A stretch of DNA of 64,000 nt from Gemmatimonadota bacterium. Its GTDB lineage: Bacteria > JBHIER01 > G020348925. Where the stretch lies: assembly GCA_020348925.1 (NCBI GenBank), contig CP070758.1, positions 1,320,469-1,384,468 on the forward strand, read 5' to 3'. Positions 19,957 to 29,392 of this stretch are shown piece after piece (the first letter of the stretch is position 1; each line of letters opens with the position of its first letter). Made by a program: the position numbers and the translations under genes. Under the pieces are notes generated by a model, which saw only the letters and a program-made list of their open reading frames with translations, did not search any database and was not told the origin of the DNA.

Positions 19957-22026
19957 ATGCGAAGAGTTTCTATTCTATTTATTATTATACTCCTTTTGGG
20001 CGGATGTTCGTCCACCCGTCGATTTATTATTCCCTATTCCGAGCCGGCTGGTCCTCCTGTCATCAGCGGGTCAAGTGAAGCTGTCGCCGTTGATTCTCAA
20101 GATGTTCTCCCGAATGATCTTATCCAATTCCAGGCCGATCTCGACCAGGCCGAATTGATCTTGCAGTCGAGCCTCGAGGCCAGGCAGTCGGGGCTTTACG
20201 AGGAAGCCCAGAAATATCTGGATGAGGTTGCCAACCTCCTCGCTCTCAAAGATATAGAGGAGATACCCGACAGTCTGTTGGCCGTGCGATACGACAGAAT
20301 CCTCGAATCATTGTCCAGGGAATATTACGTTGTTCTTGCCGAGGTCTCCGAGATCTCCGTGGCGAGCCCTGCCTGGGCCATCCTCAACCGAATAGACGAA
20401 TTTGCAGAGGAGGGCGACGTCCCGGCCTGTGGTCAGTGGGTCTCCACTTTTTCCGAACTGTCCGGCCAGTTCGACATGGAGATCGTGGTCAATGAGCGGG
20501 TGGAGAAGAGTCTCTGCTTCTTCCTCAGCCAAGGTCGCGGCGCCTTCCAGCGCTGGTTGGAGCGCTCCGGGCAGTATCTCGAAATGCTCCGAGCTGTGCT
20601 CAGAGATGAGGGGCTTCCCACCGACCTGGTCTATTTATCGATGATCGAAAGCGGGTTCAATCCCAGAGCATATTCGTACGCCCATGCCGTGGGTTTGTGG
20701 CAATTCATCAGGGGAACCGCCCGGTTGTACGGCTTGAAGGTCGACTGGTGGGTTGATGAGCGTCGTGATCCGGTGAAATCGACCCGGGCCGCGGCGAAGT
20801 ATCTGAAGGACCTCCACAGGGATCTGGGAGACTGGAAACTGGCCATTGCCGCTTACAACTGCGGGAAGGGTCGTGTCGATCGGGCCATTCGACAAGCAGG
20901 CACGAATGATTTCTGGGCGCTTGACCTCCCCAGGCAGACGGAGAACCACGTTCCAATCTTTATGGCCGCGGCTATTATTGCCAAGAATCCCGGGGCTTTT
21001 GGATTCGAGACGATCGCGTATGAGGAATCCTATACCTACGATGAGGTTGTTCTCGATCATTGCCTCGACCTCAAGGTCGCTGCCACATGCGCCGCCACGA
21101 CGCAATCCGAGCTGAAAGACCTCAATCCGGAGTTGAGGCGATGGTGTACTCCTGTCCATAAGGGTGGATATCGGCTGAAGATTCCGCAAGGGACTAAGAC
21201 ACAATTCGAGCAGGCCTACGCCAAAATCCCTGACAGCAAGAAGGTGTCCTGGCACAGGCATAAAATTCGAAGAGGGGAGACGCTCTCTCAAATTGCACAA
21301 CACTACGGCATCTCCCAGAGAGCTATCATGGATGCCAACACGATCAGCAACCGCCATCGTATCCACGCCGGCAAATACCTCCTCATTCCTACGCCCTATG
21401 GATCTTCGCCGGTGGCCGCGAAGAGCTCGACACCTGCGAAATCATCGACAATACCGAGACCCACCGCCGCTGCCCCTAAAGATGGTGCTGTCCATGTCGT
21501 CAGAAGGGGCGATACGTTGTGGGAGATCGCTTCCACGTACGACACATCGATATCAAAAATTAGAAAATGGAATGGATTGAAGAGCAACACCATTCGGCCT
21601 GGGGACCGGCTCGTCGTGGCCCCCAAAAAGGAGGAACCCCTTCTGGCCAAAGTCCTCCTCCCCACTCCCGCTGAAGCGGATGAAGCTTCAGGGGAGAAAA
21701 TCATGTACACGGTCAAAAGAAACGATACGTTGTGGAAGGTCTCGACCAAATATGGCGCTACGATTGATCAACTCCGGACATGGAACAGTCTTGATGGGAG
21801 CAGTATCATTCATCCTGGCGACCGGCTCGTGGTCGGCTTCCGCTCCAGCGAGGGGTCGGAGGAAACGAACCGGGAGATCGTCTATACGGTCAGGAGAGGT
21901 GACACCCTGTGGGAAATAGCGAAGGCCCACAAGGTAACGGTCAGCGAGATACGCCGCTGGAATAATTTGCACCGCAATTCAAAGATCTACCCCGGCGAAA
22001 AGTTCAAAATTTATATCCCATCCTGA
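19957..22026 (+). CDS. mltD: Membrane-bound lytic murein transglycosylase D-like lipoprotein with 4 LysM domains
   Basis: Lipobox LLGGC; IESGF, GLWQF, AAYNCG SLT motifs; four repeats of [V/I]-[R/K]-R-[G/N]-[D/E]-T-L. Confidence 0.88.
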   Translation: MRRVSILFIIILLLGGCSSTRRFIIPYSEPAGPPVISGSSEAVAVDSQDVLPNDLIQFQADLDQAELILQSSLEARQSGLYEEAQKYLDEVANLLALKDIEEIPDSLLAVRYDRILESLSREYYVVLAEVSEISVASPAWAILNRIDEFAEEGDVPACGQWVSTFSELSGQFDMEIVVNERVEKSLCFFLSQGRGAFQRWLERSGQYLEMLRAVLRDEGLPTDLVYLSMIESGFNPRAYSYAHAVGLWQFIRGTARLYGLKVDWWVDERRDPVKSTRAAAKYLKDLHRDLGDWKLAIAAYNCGKGRVDRAIRQAGTNDFWALDLPRQTENHVPIFMAAAIIAKNPGAFGFETIAYEESYTYDEVVLDHCLDLKVAATCAATTQSELKDLNPELRRWCTPVHKGGYRLKIPQGTKTQFEQAYAKIPDSKKVSWHRHKIRRGETLSQIAQHYGISQRAIMDANTISNRHRIHAGKYLLIPTPYGSSPVAAKSSTPAKSSTIPRPTAAAPKDGAVHVVRRGDTLWEIASTYDTSISKIRKWNGLKSNTIRPGDRLVVAPKKEEPLLAKVLLPTPAEADEASGEKIMYTVKRNDTLWKVSTKYGATIDQLRTWNSLDGSSIIHPGDRLVVGFRSSEGSEETNREIVYTVRRGDTLWEIAKAHKVTVSEIRRWNNLHRNSKIYPGEKFKIYIPS

Positions 22027-22141
22027 CAACGAACCCGCGAACTCCCCCAATCTACCTCAGATTCACAAGACGCGCAGCACCCAAAGAATTCATTTGTTCT
22101 CCGCAAAATTCTCCAAACCTCGAGGAACAGTCAGAAAAGGC

Positions 22142-22170
22142 TTGACAACCTCTGCGCATAAGGTTATTAT
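22142..22170 (+). promoter_or_regulatory. Sigma70-type promoter upstream of the GRE cluster
   Basis: TTGACA-N17-TATTAT. Confidence 0.55.
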
Positions 22171-22528
22171 TACTTCGTGAAAAAGAGGTAATCATCTGAG
22201 GATATCCACTTAATAATGCGTTGTTCTTTGAATCGCCAATAGCCGTGTGCTGCGTTGATTCAACCGTCTGGCTCTAACAGGTTGTTTATGAAGAGCTGAG
22301 ATATGCGTTCACCACCGTCTAATCCTAATATTTTGTCAGATACTAAGGAAAACGCCCTATTCTTTTCCAGTAGAACAGATACGTGGCCCAGGGGTATTCG
22401 TATCTGGGATGGTGTCTGATTCTGTGTTGCCGGGAAAAGGGATCTTCGAACACAGGACCGAGCAAAACGATCGAATAGAACAGGGTACGACTCCGGCTTT
22501 TCATCCCAAAGAGAAAGGGGGATAAATC

Positions 22529-23776
22529 ATGTTGGTTTTTATGAGCGATATTCATTTGACTGATGGGACATCGGGCAAGACAATAAAGTCAGGGGCCTTT
22601 AAGAAGTTTTCCCTGTTTCTTGAGGATATGATCGGGACAGCGACGGCGAAGGAGCTCGAGATCGTCTTCTTGGGTGATATCTTCGATGTCATAAGGTCCG
22701 ACTATTGGCTCAACTCGAGCATCCGCCCCTGGTCTGGAATCGATGACAAGGACGGTCAGGGAAAAGGGCTCAAGGACTACGCGGGAGAAATTGTGGGAAG
22801 GATCTGTAATAATTCTGAGAACAAGGCATCCGTTGATTACCTTAGGGAACTGCAGGATAAAATGGTGGGAAAGGGGATGCCTCTGAAGATTACGTATGTC
22901 GTCGGAAACCATGATTGGCTGATAAACCGATATCCGGAAACAAGGGTCGCCATTGCGAAATTCTTGGGCATGGACGATCCTGATCGATACCAGGAGGCCG
23001 CTTTTCCAACGGAGTGGTTCTGGGAAAAGTACAGGGCTTTTGCCCGTCATGGAGACATATACGATCCGTTCAATTTTGATGGGAGGAGAGATGCATCCTC
23101 GTTGGGGGATGCAATAGTGATTGACCTGGTCAACAGATTTCCCAAGGCAGTCGAGGATGCGATCGGTTCTGCAGAGGACCCCGATCTTATCAGTCAGCTG
23201 AGGGAGATTGACAATGTGAGACCTCTTGTTGATATCCCCTCGTGGATTCAGGGAGCATGCCGAGGGGCTCGATCCGTAGAAATCGTGGAGAAGGTGAAAG
23301 AAATCTGGAACGATCTCGTGGATTATTTTCTCAAGATCGAATTTGTGAAGCAGCATGACAGACCCTGGAGGCTTGATGCCGTTGACGCATTACAGTGGGG
23401 GCTCCGGATCAGTAAGCACCTTCCCCTCAAAGAGATCGCCAACCTCCCTCTCAGGAAATTTCATAGAAGTCGGACCGACTATACGGAGAGAGCCTACCGT
23501 GAAGAGCATGTTCGGAGAAACGAGGCCGAGTTTGTGCTCTACGGTCATACCCATAACTATGAGATCCAACCGCTTGATAATGTCCCGATGGCGGGGGAAT
23601 CAAAACGGAAAACCTACTTCAACACTGGTACGTGGCGATTGCTCCACGTGAGGACGGCCTATGACACCGAGAGTCAGGAATTCCAGAGTTGGAATGTTAT
23701 GACGTTTATTACCCTCTACCTGAATGGCGAAAGAGAAAATAGAGAATTTGAGGTATGGCATGGCGCTCTGGGATAG
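22529..23776 (+). CDS. Calcineurin-like metallophosphoesterase (LpxH-like motif set)
   Basis: SDIH, LGDIFD, GNHD, HGD, GHTH and NTGTW motifs; no signal peptide. Confidence 0.8.
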   Translation: MLVFMSDIHLTDGTSGKTIKSGAFKKFSLFLEDMIGTATAKELEIVFLGDIFDVIRSDYWLNSSIRPWSGIDDKDGQGKGLKDYAGEIVGRICNNSENKASVDYLRELQDKMVGKGMPLKITYVVGNHDWLINRYPETRVAIAKFLGMDDPDRYQEAAFPTEWFWEKYRAFARHGDIYDPFNFDGRRDASSLGDAIVIDLVNRFPKAVEDAIGSAEDPDLISQLREIDNVRPLVDIPSWIQGACRGARSVEIVEKVKEIWNDLVDYFLKIEFVKQHDRPWRLDAVDALQWGLRISKHLPLKEIANLPLRKFHRSRTDYTERAYREEHVRRNEAEFVLYGHTHNYEIQPLDNVPMAGESKRKTYFNTGTWRLLHVRTAYDTESQEFQSWNVMTFITLYLNGERENREFEVWHGALG

Positions 23777-23817
23777 GAGTTGACCGGAGTGTTGTGATCC
23801 GAGAAAGGACGGGAACG

Positions 23818-26382
23818 ATGTCGGAAATCACACTTGATGATCTATCACTCGAAAACGTTGAGCTCACGCCGCGTGTTCTCCACCTCAGAAAGACCTATTT
23901 CAAGGCCGTGCCGGAGATATGTATTGAGCGGTCCCGTTTGATCACCGCATTCAGTCTGCAGCACGACCTTTTCGACCACGACCGTATCTCCACTCTCGAC
24001 AAGGCCAGGATGTATCGGTTCGTACTGGAGAATCGCGTCCCGGTTGTCTATCACAGCAAAGGCTACGAAGAGGGGATGAAACCCTTTGAGTTCAGCGATG
24101 GTTCTCTCTTTGCCGGCTCTACGACGAGTAAGTTCAAGGGGGTTCCTCTCTATCCTGAGTTTCTCGCCTTGGCTCTGTGGCCGGAACTTTGGACTATTTC
24201 GAAGAGAGCGCGAAACCCATACCACATCACAGACTCGGAGGTCAAACATCTCAATTCCAAGATTTTTCCTCATTGGATGGAGAACACCATCCTCGAATAT
24301 GCCAGACAAAGATCGTACGAGGAGAACTTTGAGAAGTATGGGCTCAGAAAACACGCGCCTGAGTTGAAACTGCTTGAGCGTCTCGTCTTCTTCCTCGCCA
24401 GTAAGCCCAATTGCATATCTCACACCATTCCGGACTTCTCAAAAGCGATTGGAATCGGTCTGCGAGGCATCATCGATGAGGCCAAGAGGAAGGAATTGGA
24501 AACTTCCGATATCTCCCGGAAAGAGTTTTACAGGGCCGTGTCCGAGGTTCTTGAGGGAATAATCACGTACTCGCGAAACCTCGCAGATGAGGCCCAGAAA
24601 TTGGCGGAGGACGAGAAAGATCCGGTGCGGAAGGAGGAACTTCATGATATTGCGAGGATCAATCGCCGGGTTCCGGAATCTCCGGCGCAGACCCTGCGTG
24701 AAGGACTGACCACCGTCTGGATATGCTGGACCGCGATCCACCTTGAAAACCCGAACGTCGGACTCAGCCTCGGAAGATTGGACCAGGCGCTGTACGATCT
24801 CTACCGAAGGGAGAGAGACGGAGGGACGTTGAGCGTGGAGGAGGCGGTCGAGCTTATCAGTTGTCTGTGGCTCAAGATCGGGGACCACGTTCCCAGCATA
24901 CCGGATGCCGCTGAGCAGCTCTTCGGTGGCACGGGTTCCAACCAGGCCATCACCATGGGTGGGGTTGATGCGGATGGCCATGACGCCGTGAACGATCTGA
25001 CCTACATCATGCTCAGGGCCACCGAGCTGATGAAACTGCGCGACCCCAACCCCAATGCCAGGTACTACCTTGGCGTAAACTCCAGGGAGTACCTGAGACG
25101 ACTGTGTGAGATCAATATGAATACAGGGGCCATTCCGGCGATTCACAATGACAGGGCTGTTATCAAGGCGCTGATGGCCAAGGGTGAGACGATCGAACAG
25201 GCGCGGGACTACGGCGTCATCGGCTGTGTGGAGCCCGGGAGTAACGGCAGGTTCTACGGTCATACTGCAGCCATCCTGTTGAATTTGACCTCCGCCCTTG
25301 AGCTGACACTCTTCAACGGAAGACACCGGCATACGGGTCTGGATGTCCTGATCAGCAAGGAGACCGGAGATCCGTCCGCATTCAACACCTTCGAGGACCT
25401 GAAAACAGCATTTGAGGAGCAGATTCGCTGGTTGGTCGAGCGGACCACAGCGCTGAATAACCTCCTGGGAAAGACGCACCAGGACTTTTATCCCACTCCC
25501 ATTCTGTCCTCCTTCTTTGAGGGTCCTGTGGAGAAAGGGAGAGACCTCATTCGGGGCGGTGCCGTTATCAATTCATCGGGTGTGGCCATAATTGGGCTGG
25601 CGGATGTGGCCGATTCCCTGAGCGCCATAGAGAAGGTCGTCTTTGAGGAGAAAACCCATTCCTTCGGAGATGTTCTGATCGCTCTCAAGAAGAACTTCTG
25701 GGGATATGAAAGCCTGCGGACACGGCTCATGAATCCGGACAAGACTCCGAAGTACGGGAACGAAGATCCGGAGGCCGATGCCACAGTCTCATGGATCGTG
25801 CACTTGTTGGACGCATCATTTGGGGAGAAAGAGAACTATCGGGGCGGCAAATACCGGGTCGGGTACTGGACTATGACCAATCATGCGGGTTTCGGTCGTT
25901 TCATGGGAGCCACACCGAACGGGCGTAAGGCCCACGAGAATTTCACCAGCGGCATTACGCCTGTCTCGGCAGTCACACCCTATCTTACCAAGGCCCTCAA
26001 CTCTGTGGCAAACCAGCCTGCAGAGTGCCTGGCAAACGGCGTGGCTTTGAATATGAAATACACACCTGAACCCGGAGACAGAAAGAAGATGCTCGACAAT
26101 TTCGTCGCCTCGGTCGAGGGGTACTTCGACGAAATGGACGGGAAACGCGACGGAGGCATGGAGGTCCAATTCATTATCACGGACCACAGGACCCTTGCCG
26201 ACGCCGTAGCCCATTCTGACAAGTATCCTGAACTCCTGGTTCGGGTCTCCGGATATACCGCATATTTCAAAGACCTGAATCCTCAAATGCAAAAGGAGAT
26301 CATTGATCGGACAGAATACCTGCTGTCCAGTGGTCGGATGGTCGAGTTTGAGCCGTTTCCACTACCTGCGGAGAGGAGATGA
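23818..26382 (+). CDS. Glycyl radical enzyme (PFL superfamily, eliminase-like CVE type), substrate unknown
   Basis: PEICIERSRL, SLGRLDQ, GCVEP thiyl loop, LLVRVSGY glycyl motif; start taken at ATG 23818. Confidence 0.93.
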   Translation: MSEITLDDLSLENVELTPRVLHLRKTYFKAVPEICIERSRLITAFSLQHDLFDHDRISTLDKARMYRFVLENRVPVVYHSKGYEEGMKPFEFSDGSLFAGSTTSKFKGVPLYPEFLALALWPELWTISKRARNPYHITDSEVKHLNSKIFPHWMENTILEYARQRSYEENFEKYGLRKHAPELKLLERLVFFLASKPNCISHTIPDFSKAIGIGLRGIIDEAKRKELETSDISRKEFYRAVSEVLEGIITYSRNLADEAQKLAEDEKDPVRKEELHDIARINRRVPESPAQTLREGLTTVWICWTAIHLENPNVGLSLGRLDQALYDLYRRERDGGTLSVEEAVELISCLWLKIGDHVPSIPDAAEQLFGGTGSNQAITMGGVDADGHDAVNDLTYIMLRATELMKLRDPNPNARYYLGVNSREYLRRLCEINMNTGAIPAIHNDRAVIKALMAKGETIEQARDYGVIGCVEPGSNGRFYGHTAAILLNLTSALELTLFNGRHRHTGLDVLISKETGDPSAFNTFEDLKTAFEEQIRWLVERTTALNNLLGKTHQDFYPTPILSSFFEGPVEKGRDLIRGGAVINSSGVAIIGLADVADSLSAIEKVVFEEKTHSFGDVLIALKKNFWGYESLRTRLMNPDKTPKYGNEDPEADATVSWIVHLLDASFGEKENYRGGKYRVGYWTMTNHAGFGRFMGATPNGRKAHENFTSGITPVSAVTPYLTKALNSVANQPAECLANGVALNMKYTPEPGDRKKMLDNFVASVEGYFDEMDGKRDGGMEVQFIITDHRTLADAVAHSDKYPELLVRVSGYTAYFKDLNPQMQKEIIDRTEYLLSSGRMVEFEPFPLPAERR

Positions 26383-26385
26383 ACA

Positions 26386-26874
26386 ATGGCTTCGAGAATG
26401 AAACGGATCGCCTTACGGCCTTTGCCCTATCTGTTTACCGACTGGGTGGGGCAGCTCATCGCAAGGCTTTTCTCCAGAAAGCTCATGAGACAGTTTTGTG
26501 GGGAGGTGACGGATACGTTTGTCGAACTTCTCCTGAAAGGTATGGATCTGGCCTTCTGTTTATCCAAGGGGTTTCGCAAGAATATCAGGGGCTTCGAGGG
26601 ACGGTACCTTTTCCAGACGGCGGATGGTCTTATCGTCACATCCGCCACCTTTCGGAAAGGCAACATGAGGGTCCATGAGGCGGCCATCGATGACTGGGAT
26701 GTCCGGGTCACTTTCAAAGATGCTCCTGCGCTGAACGCGTTCTTGTTCTCCAAGGACCAGGACATCCTCGATTCGGTTCTGGCCGATGACGTTGAGGTCG
26801 ACGGCAATATGAACTACGTCTATAAGTTTGGCTTTATGGCCAGAGACCTGAGCCGGAGGTTAGGTGTGGGGTAG
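26386..26874 (+). CDS. SCP2 sterol/lipid-binding domain protein
   Basis: FEGRYLFQT..ATFRKGNMRV..WDVRVTF..VEVDGNM..KF pattern of the SCP2 fold; starts 3 nt after the GRE stop. Confidence 0.65.
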   Translation: MASRMKRIALRPLPYLFTDWVGQLIARLFSRKLMRQFCGEVTDTFVELLLKGMDLAFCLSKGFRKNIRGFEGRYLFQTADGLIVTSATFRKGNMRVHEAAIDDWDVRVTFKDAPALNAFLFSKDQDILDSVLADDVEVDGNMNYVYKFGFMARDLSRRLGVG

Positions 26875-27043
26875 ATCAGGAAGTCGGGTCGAGGTGCCGT
26901 AAGATGCTTTCGCAGAATGTCCCGGTCACTTCAGGATCGGTCGACTCACCTTCGTAACCGCGTTCGAAAGTCGGGGAATTATGTCACGTGCACTTCCGTA
27001 TTGCGTCGCAGGATGTCGAAACATGCAGAGATAAGGAGGGCGT

Positions 27044-27631
27044 ATGAATACACGGCGAGTAGTTATTGATTACGGCCACGGAGGTTCCAAGCCCGGGGCT
27101 GTGTACGGCGGGGTCGAGGAGAAGACAGTGAACCTGTTCACCGGGCAGGAGCTTTACCATGAATTGCACAAGCACGATGAAGGACAGGATATTCAGGTGA
27201 TGCTGACGCGGGACTCCGATTATGACATCCCGATTTCCGTTCGGTGTCAATTGATCAACCAGCATCATGAACGACAGCCGATAGGGCTCGTGATTTCGGT
27301 ACATTACAATGCCGTGGGCGATCCGTCGGTGTCTGGTTTCGAAGTCTACTATTTGGCGAGCTCTGTGAAGGGGCTCGCCGCCGCCAGGGAGGTTTTACGG
27401 GTCGTTCAACAGGCGGGAATTCCTGTGCGCGGACAGGGACTCATCACGACCGCCCAGCTCGGTCGCAGATTGGCCATGATCCACAAAACCAAACCCCCCG
27501 CAATCTTGATCGAGGTGGGGTATCTGACGAACGTGCTGGATCGGAATAATGCACAAGATCCAAGTTTCCGGACGAATGTGGCCCGGGCGGTTGCCAAAGG
27601 AATACGGGCGTATCTGGAGAAGGAGGGCTAA
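27044..27631 (+). CDS. N-acetylmuramoyl-L-alanine amidase (Amidase_3), no signal peptide (endolysin-like)
   Basis: IDYGHGG, EKTVN, LTRDSD, ISVHYNA, ILIEVGYLTN; catalytic domain only; AGGAGG RBS. Confidence 0.9.
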   Translation: MNTRRVVIDYGHGGSKPGAVYGGVEEKTVNLFTGQELYHELHKHDEGQDIQVMLTRDSDYDIPISVRCQLINQHHERQPIGLVISVHYNAVGDPSVSGFEVYYLASSVKGLAAAREVLRVVQQAGIPVRGQGLITTAQLGRRLAMIHKTKPPAILIEVGYLTNVLDRNNAQDPSFRTNVARAVAKGIRAYLEKEG

Positions 27632-27633
27632 AC

Positions 27634-28110
27634 ATGACAAGTGAGAGGGGAGCTCCTGCAAGTTTTCTGCTGCGGAACAGTAAAGGCTATCCGGATTTTG
27701 TGATGACTATGCTGGTGGCGGTGACGTTGGCGCTGTTTGTGGTTATTCTGTGCTGGATGGCACTCAATCTGGTCGGTTTGCACAGCATCTCCGCCACGCC
27801 GGCCTCGCAAGCCGGGACCGGGGATATTGAGGGGAGCGTCGTGTCGGCGGGTGGGTCGGTGCAGCTGTTGAACAGCTTCAACGAGAATGCCCGTCTGATT
27901 GTGCTCGGTCTCTGTTCATCGGTCTTCAGTCTGGCTGGGGCCTACTATTTGCGCCGGAGGTCTCATGACATACATTACGAATCCTGGCAGAAAACCAAGG
28001 TGGAATTAGGACTGCAAGATGCGGGTGCACGTATCCCTTCGGGGTATGTGTCACCGGTGAGGTCCACATTGACGCATGCCAATTACGACGATGAGGAGGA
28101 GGATATATGA
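27634..28110 (+). CDS. Small 2-TM membrane protein (holin-like candidate)
   Basis: Two hydrophobic helices, RRR after TM2, acidic tail; starts 2 nt after the amidase stop. Confidence 0.6.
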   Translation: MTSERGAPASFLLRNSKGYPDFVMTMLVAVTLALFVVILCWMALNLVGLHSISATPASQAGTGDIEGSVVSAGGSVQLLNSFNENARLIVLGLCSSVFSLAGAYYLRRRSHDIHYESWQKTKVELGLQDAGARIPSGYVSPVRSTLTHANYDDEEEDI

Positions 28111-28736
28111 GCATGTTCTCACTTTTTGATATGTTCCGCACAGGGGCGTGGATTGACTATGCCATCATCATCGTTTTTACATTGATCGCACTCTTTTTGG
28201 TCGGGCATTTTATGAGACAAGGACCGAGGAGGTGGCTGGCGTTCGCGGGGATATTGTTGGGCGGTGGACTGGCGCTTTCCTGGACGGCGAGACGTCATCG
28301 CTATACGGAGAAGAAGCTGAAGGCGCATAACGAGGCGATCGAGCGGCTGCGGGCCATGGTCGCCAAACGCGATCAAATGATTGAGGAGAACAACGCGACA
28401 ATCCGGGAGCTGGAGGCGGAGCGGGCCAACCTGCGGCCCGACATCGATGAGGACAAGGCCAAGATTCGGGAGATCGAGGAGAAGATCGACGCCCGCCGGC
28501 GGAACCACGAGCGCATGGCTAAGGTGCTGGATATGCAGGAGGAGGATATCGCGGGATATGTGAAACGGATGGAAAGTGAGTCGCCGTTGCTGTCTGTGGG
28601 AGAGATTCTGACCAAGCACGGCTTGGCAGGAAAGCGCCCTGAAACGCAGCCGACCGTACCTGATCCGGCCGGTCCGGAGAAAAGGGCGGAGGCGATTGCC
28701 GTCGCCGGGTTTGTGATGAAAGGAGACGTCGAATGA
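28107..28736 (+). CDS. 2-TM-anchored coiled-coil protein (spanin/Rz-like candidate)
   Basis: Two N-terminal TM segments, then a long charged heptad region; ATGA overlap with the upstream gene. Confidence 0.65.
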   Translation: MSMFSLFDMFRTGAWIDYAIIIVFTLIALFLVGHFMRQGPRRWLAFAGILLGGGLALSWTARRHRYTEKKLKAHNEAIERLRAMVAKRDQMIEENNATIRELEAERANLRPDIDEDKAKIREIEEKIDARRRNHERMAKVLDMQEEDIAGYVKRMESESPLLSVGEILTKHGLAGKRPETQPTVPDPAGPEKRAEAIAVAGFVMKGDVE

Positions 28737-29212
28737 AGAGGATCGTGCCGGTGTTCGTCCTGTGCCTGATTCTGTCCCAATCGGTATGGAGTCAGACCGA
28801 AAATTGGGAAGCTGCGTATCAGGAGTTGAGCGTCCAGTATGAGGAGGCACTGAGGCGGCTGGCCATGCGGGATACGCTCATCCAGGTGATGCAGGCGGCC
28901 TTGGATACAGCCCGGCTCATGAGAGAGAACACCCAGGGACTTCTGACAGATGTGGATTCCCTGAGAGCGCAAAACGAATCGCTGGCGATCAAATATGATC
29001 GCATGATCGCCCTTTCCGATTCCATCCAAACCCTGTTGAGAGAGAACGTCTCACTCTCACAACAATCGGTGTCCGAGCTGGATAGCGCTATCGTGGATCT
29101 GAACAAAAAGTATAATCGTGCGGTGCGCGAGTGTCTGCGCCCGTGGTACCTCCGCTGGGAATTCTATATGGGTGGGCTCATAGGAGGTCTCATCGGCATG
29201 GCCGTAAAATGA
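28733..29212 (+). CDS. Signal-peptide coiled-coil protein with C-terminal membrane anchor (spanin-like candidate)
   Basis: Sec signal MKRIVPVFVLCLILSQSVWS, coiled coil, PWYLRWEFYMGGLIGGLIGMAVK tail; ATGA overlap. Confidence 0.65.
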   Translation: MKRIVPVFVLCLILSQSVWSQTENWEAAYQELSVQYEEALRRLAMRDTLIQVMQAALDTARLMRENTQGLLTDVDSLRAQNESLAIKYDRMIALSDSIQTLLRENVSLSQQSVSELDSAIVDLNKKYNRAVRECLRPWYLRWEFYMGGLIGGLIGMAVK

Positions 29213-29392
29213 GTGCGCCCGGAGTCCTGTTTCGATGTGTGCATAGGTCGAAGCACGATGGGCTATTCATCCCAGGCATGGCCTGGTGCGAGGGAACGGA
29301 TCGGCCTGCCGGGGAAGCGTGTCTCACAAACAGTGAGATTTTTGACACTTCCAGGCTGCATAAAAAATTTTGGAGCGAGATCTCTTTAAACA

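Noticed and set aside
22270-22455. Integron attC site (TCTAAC..GTT) or attL copy of the tRNA-Phe 3' end (TGCCGGG..TCGAAC)
   Set aside because: Complementarity and identity are too weak, and no integrase is present.
23818-26382. Pyruvate formate-lyase (pflB) or a GRE microcompartment locus
   Set aside because: It lacks the adjacent Cys-Cys pair, and no shell-protein genes are nearby.
27044-29212. Intact prophage
   Set aside because: No structural, packaging, integrase or replication genes on either side.
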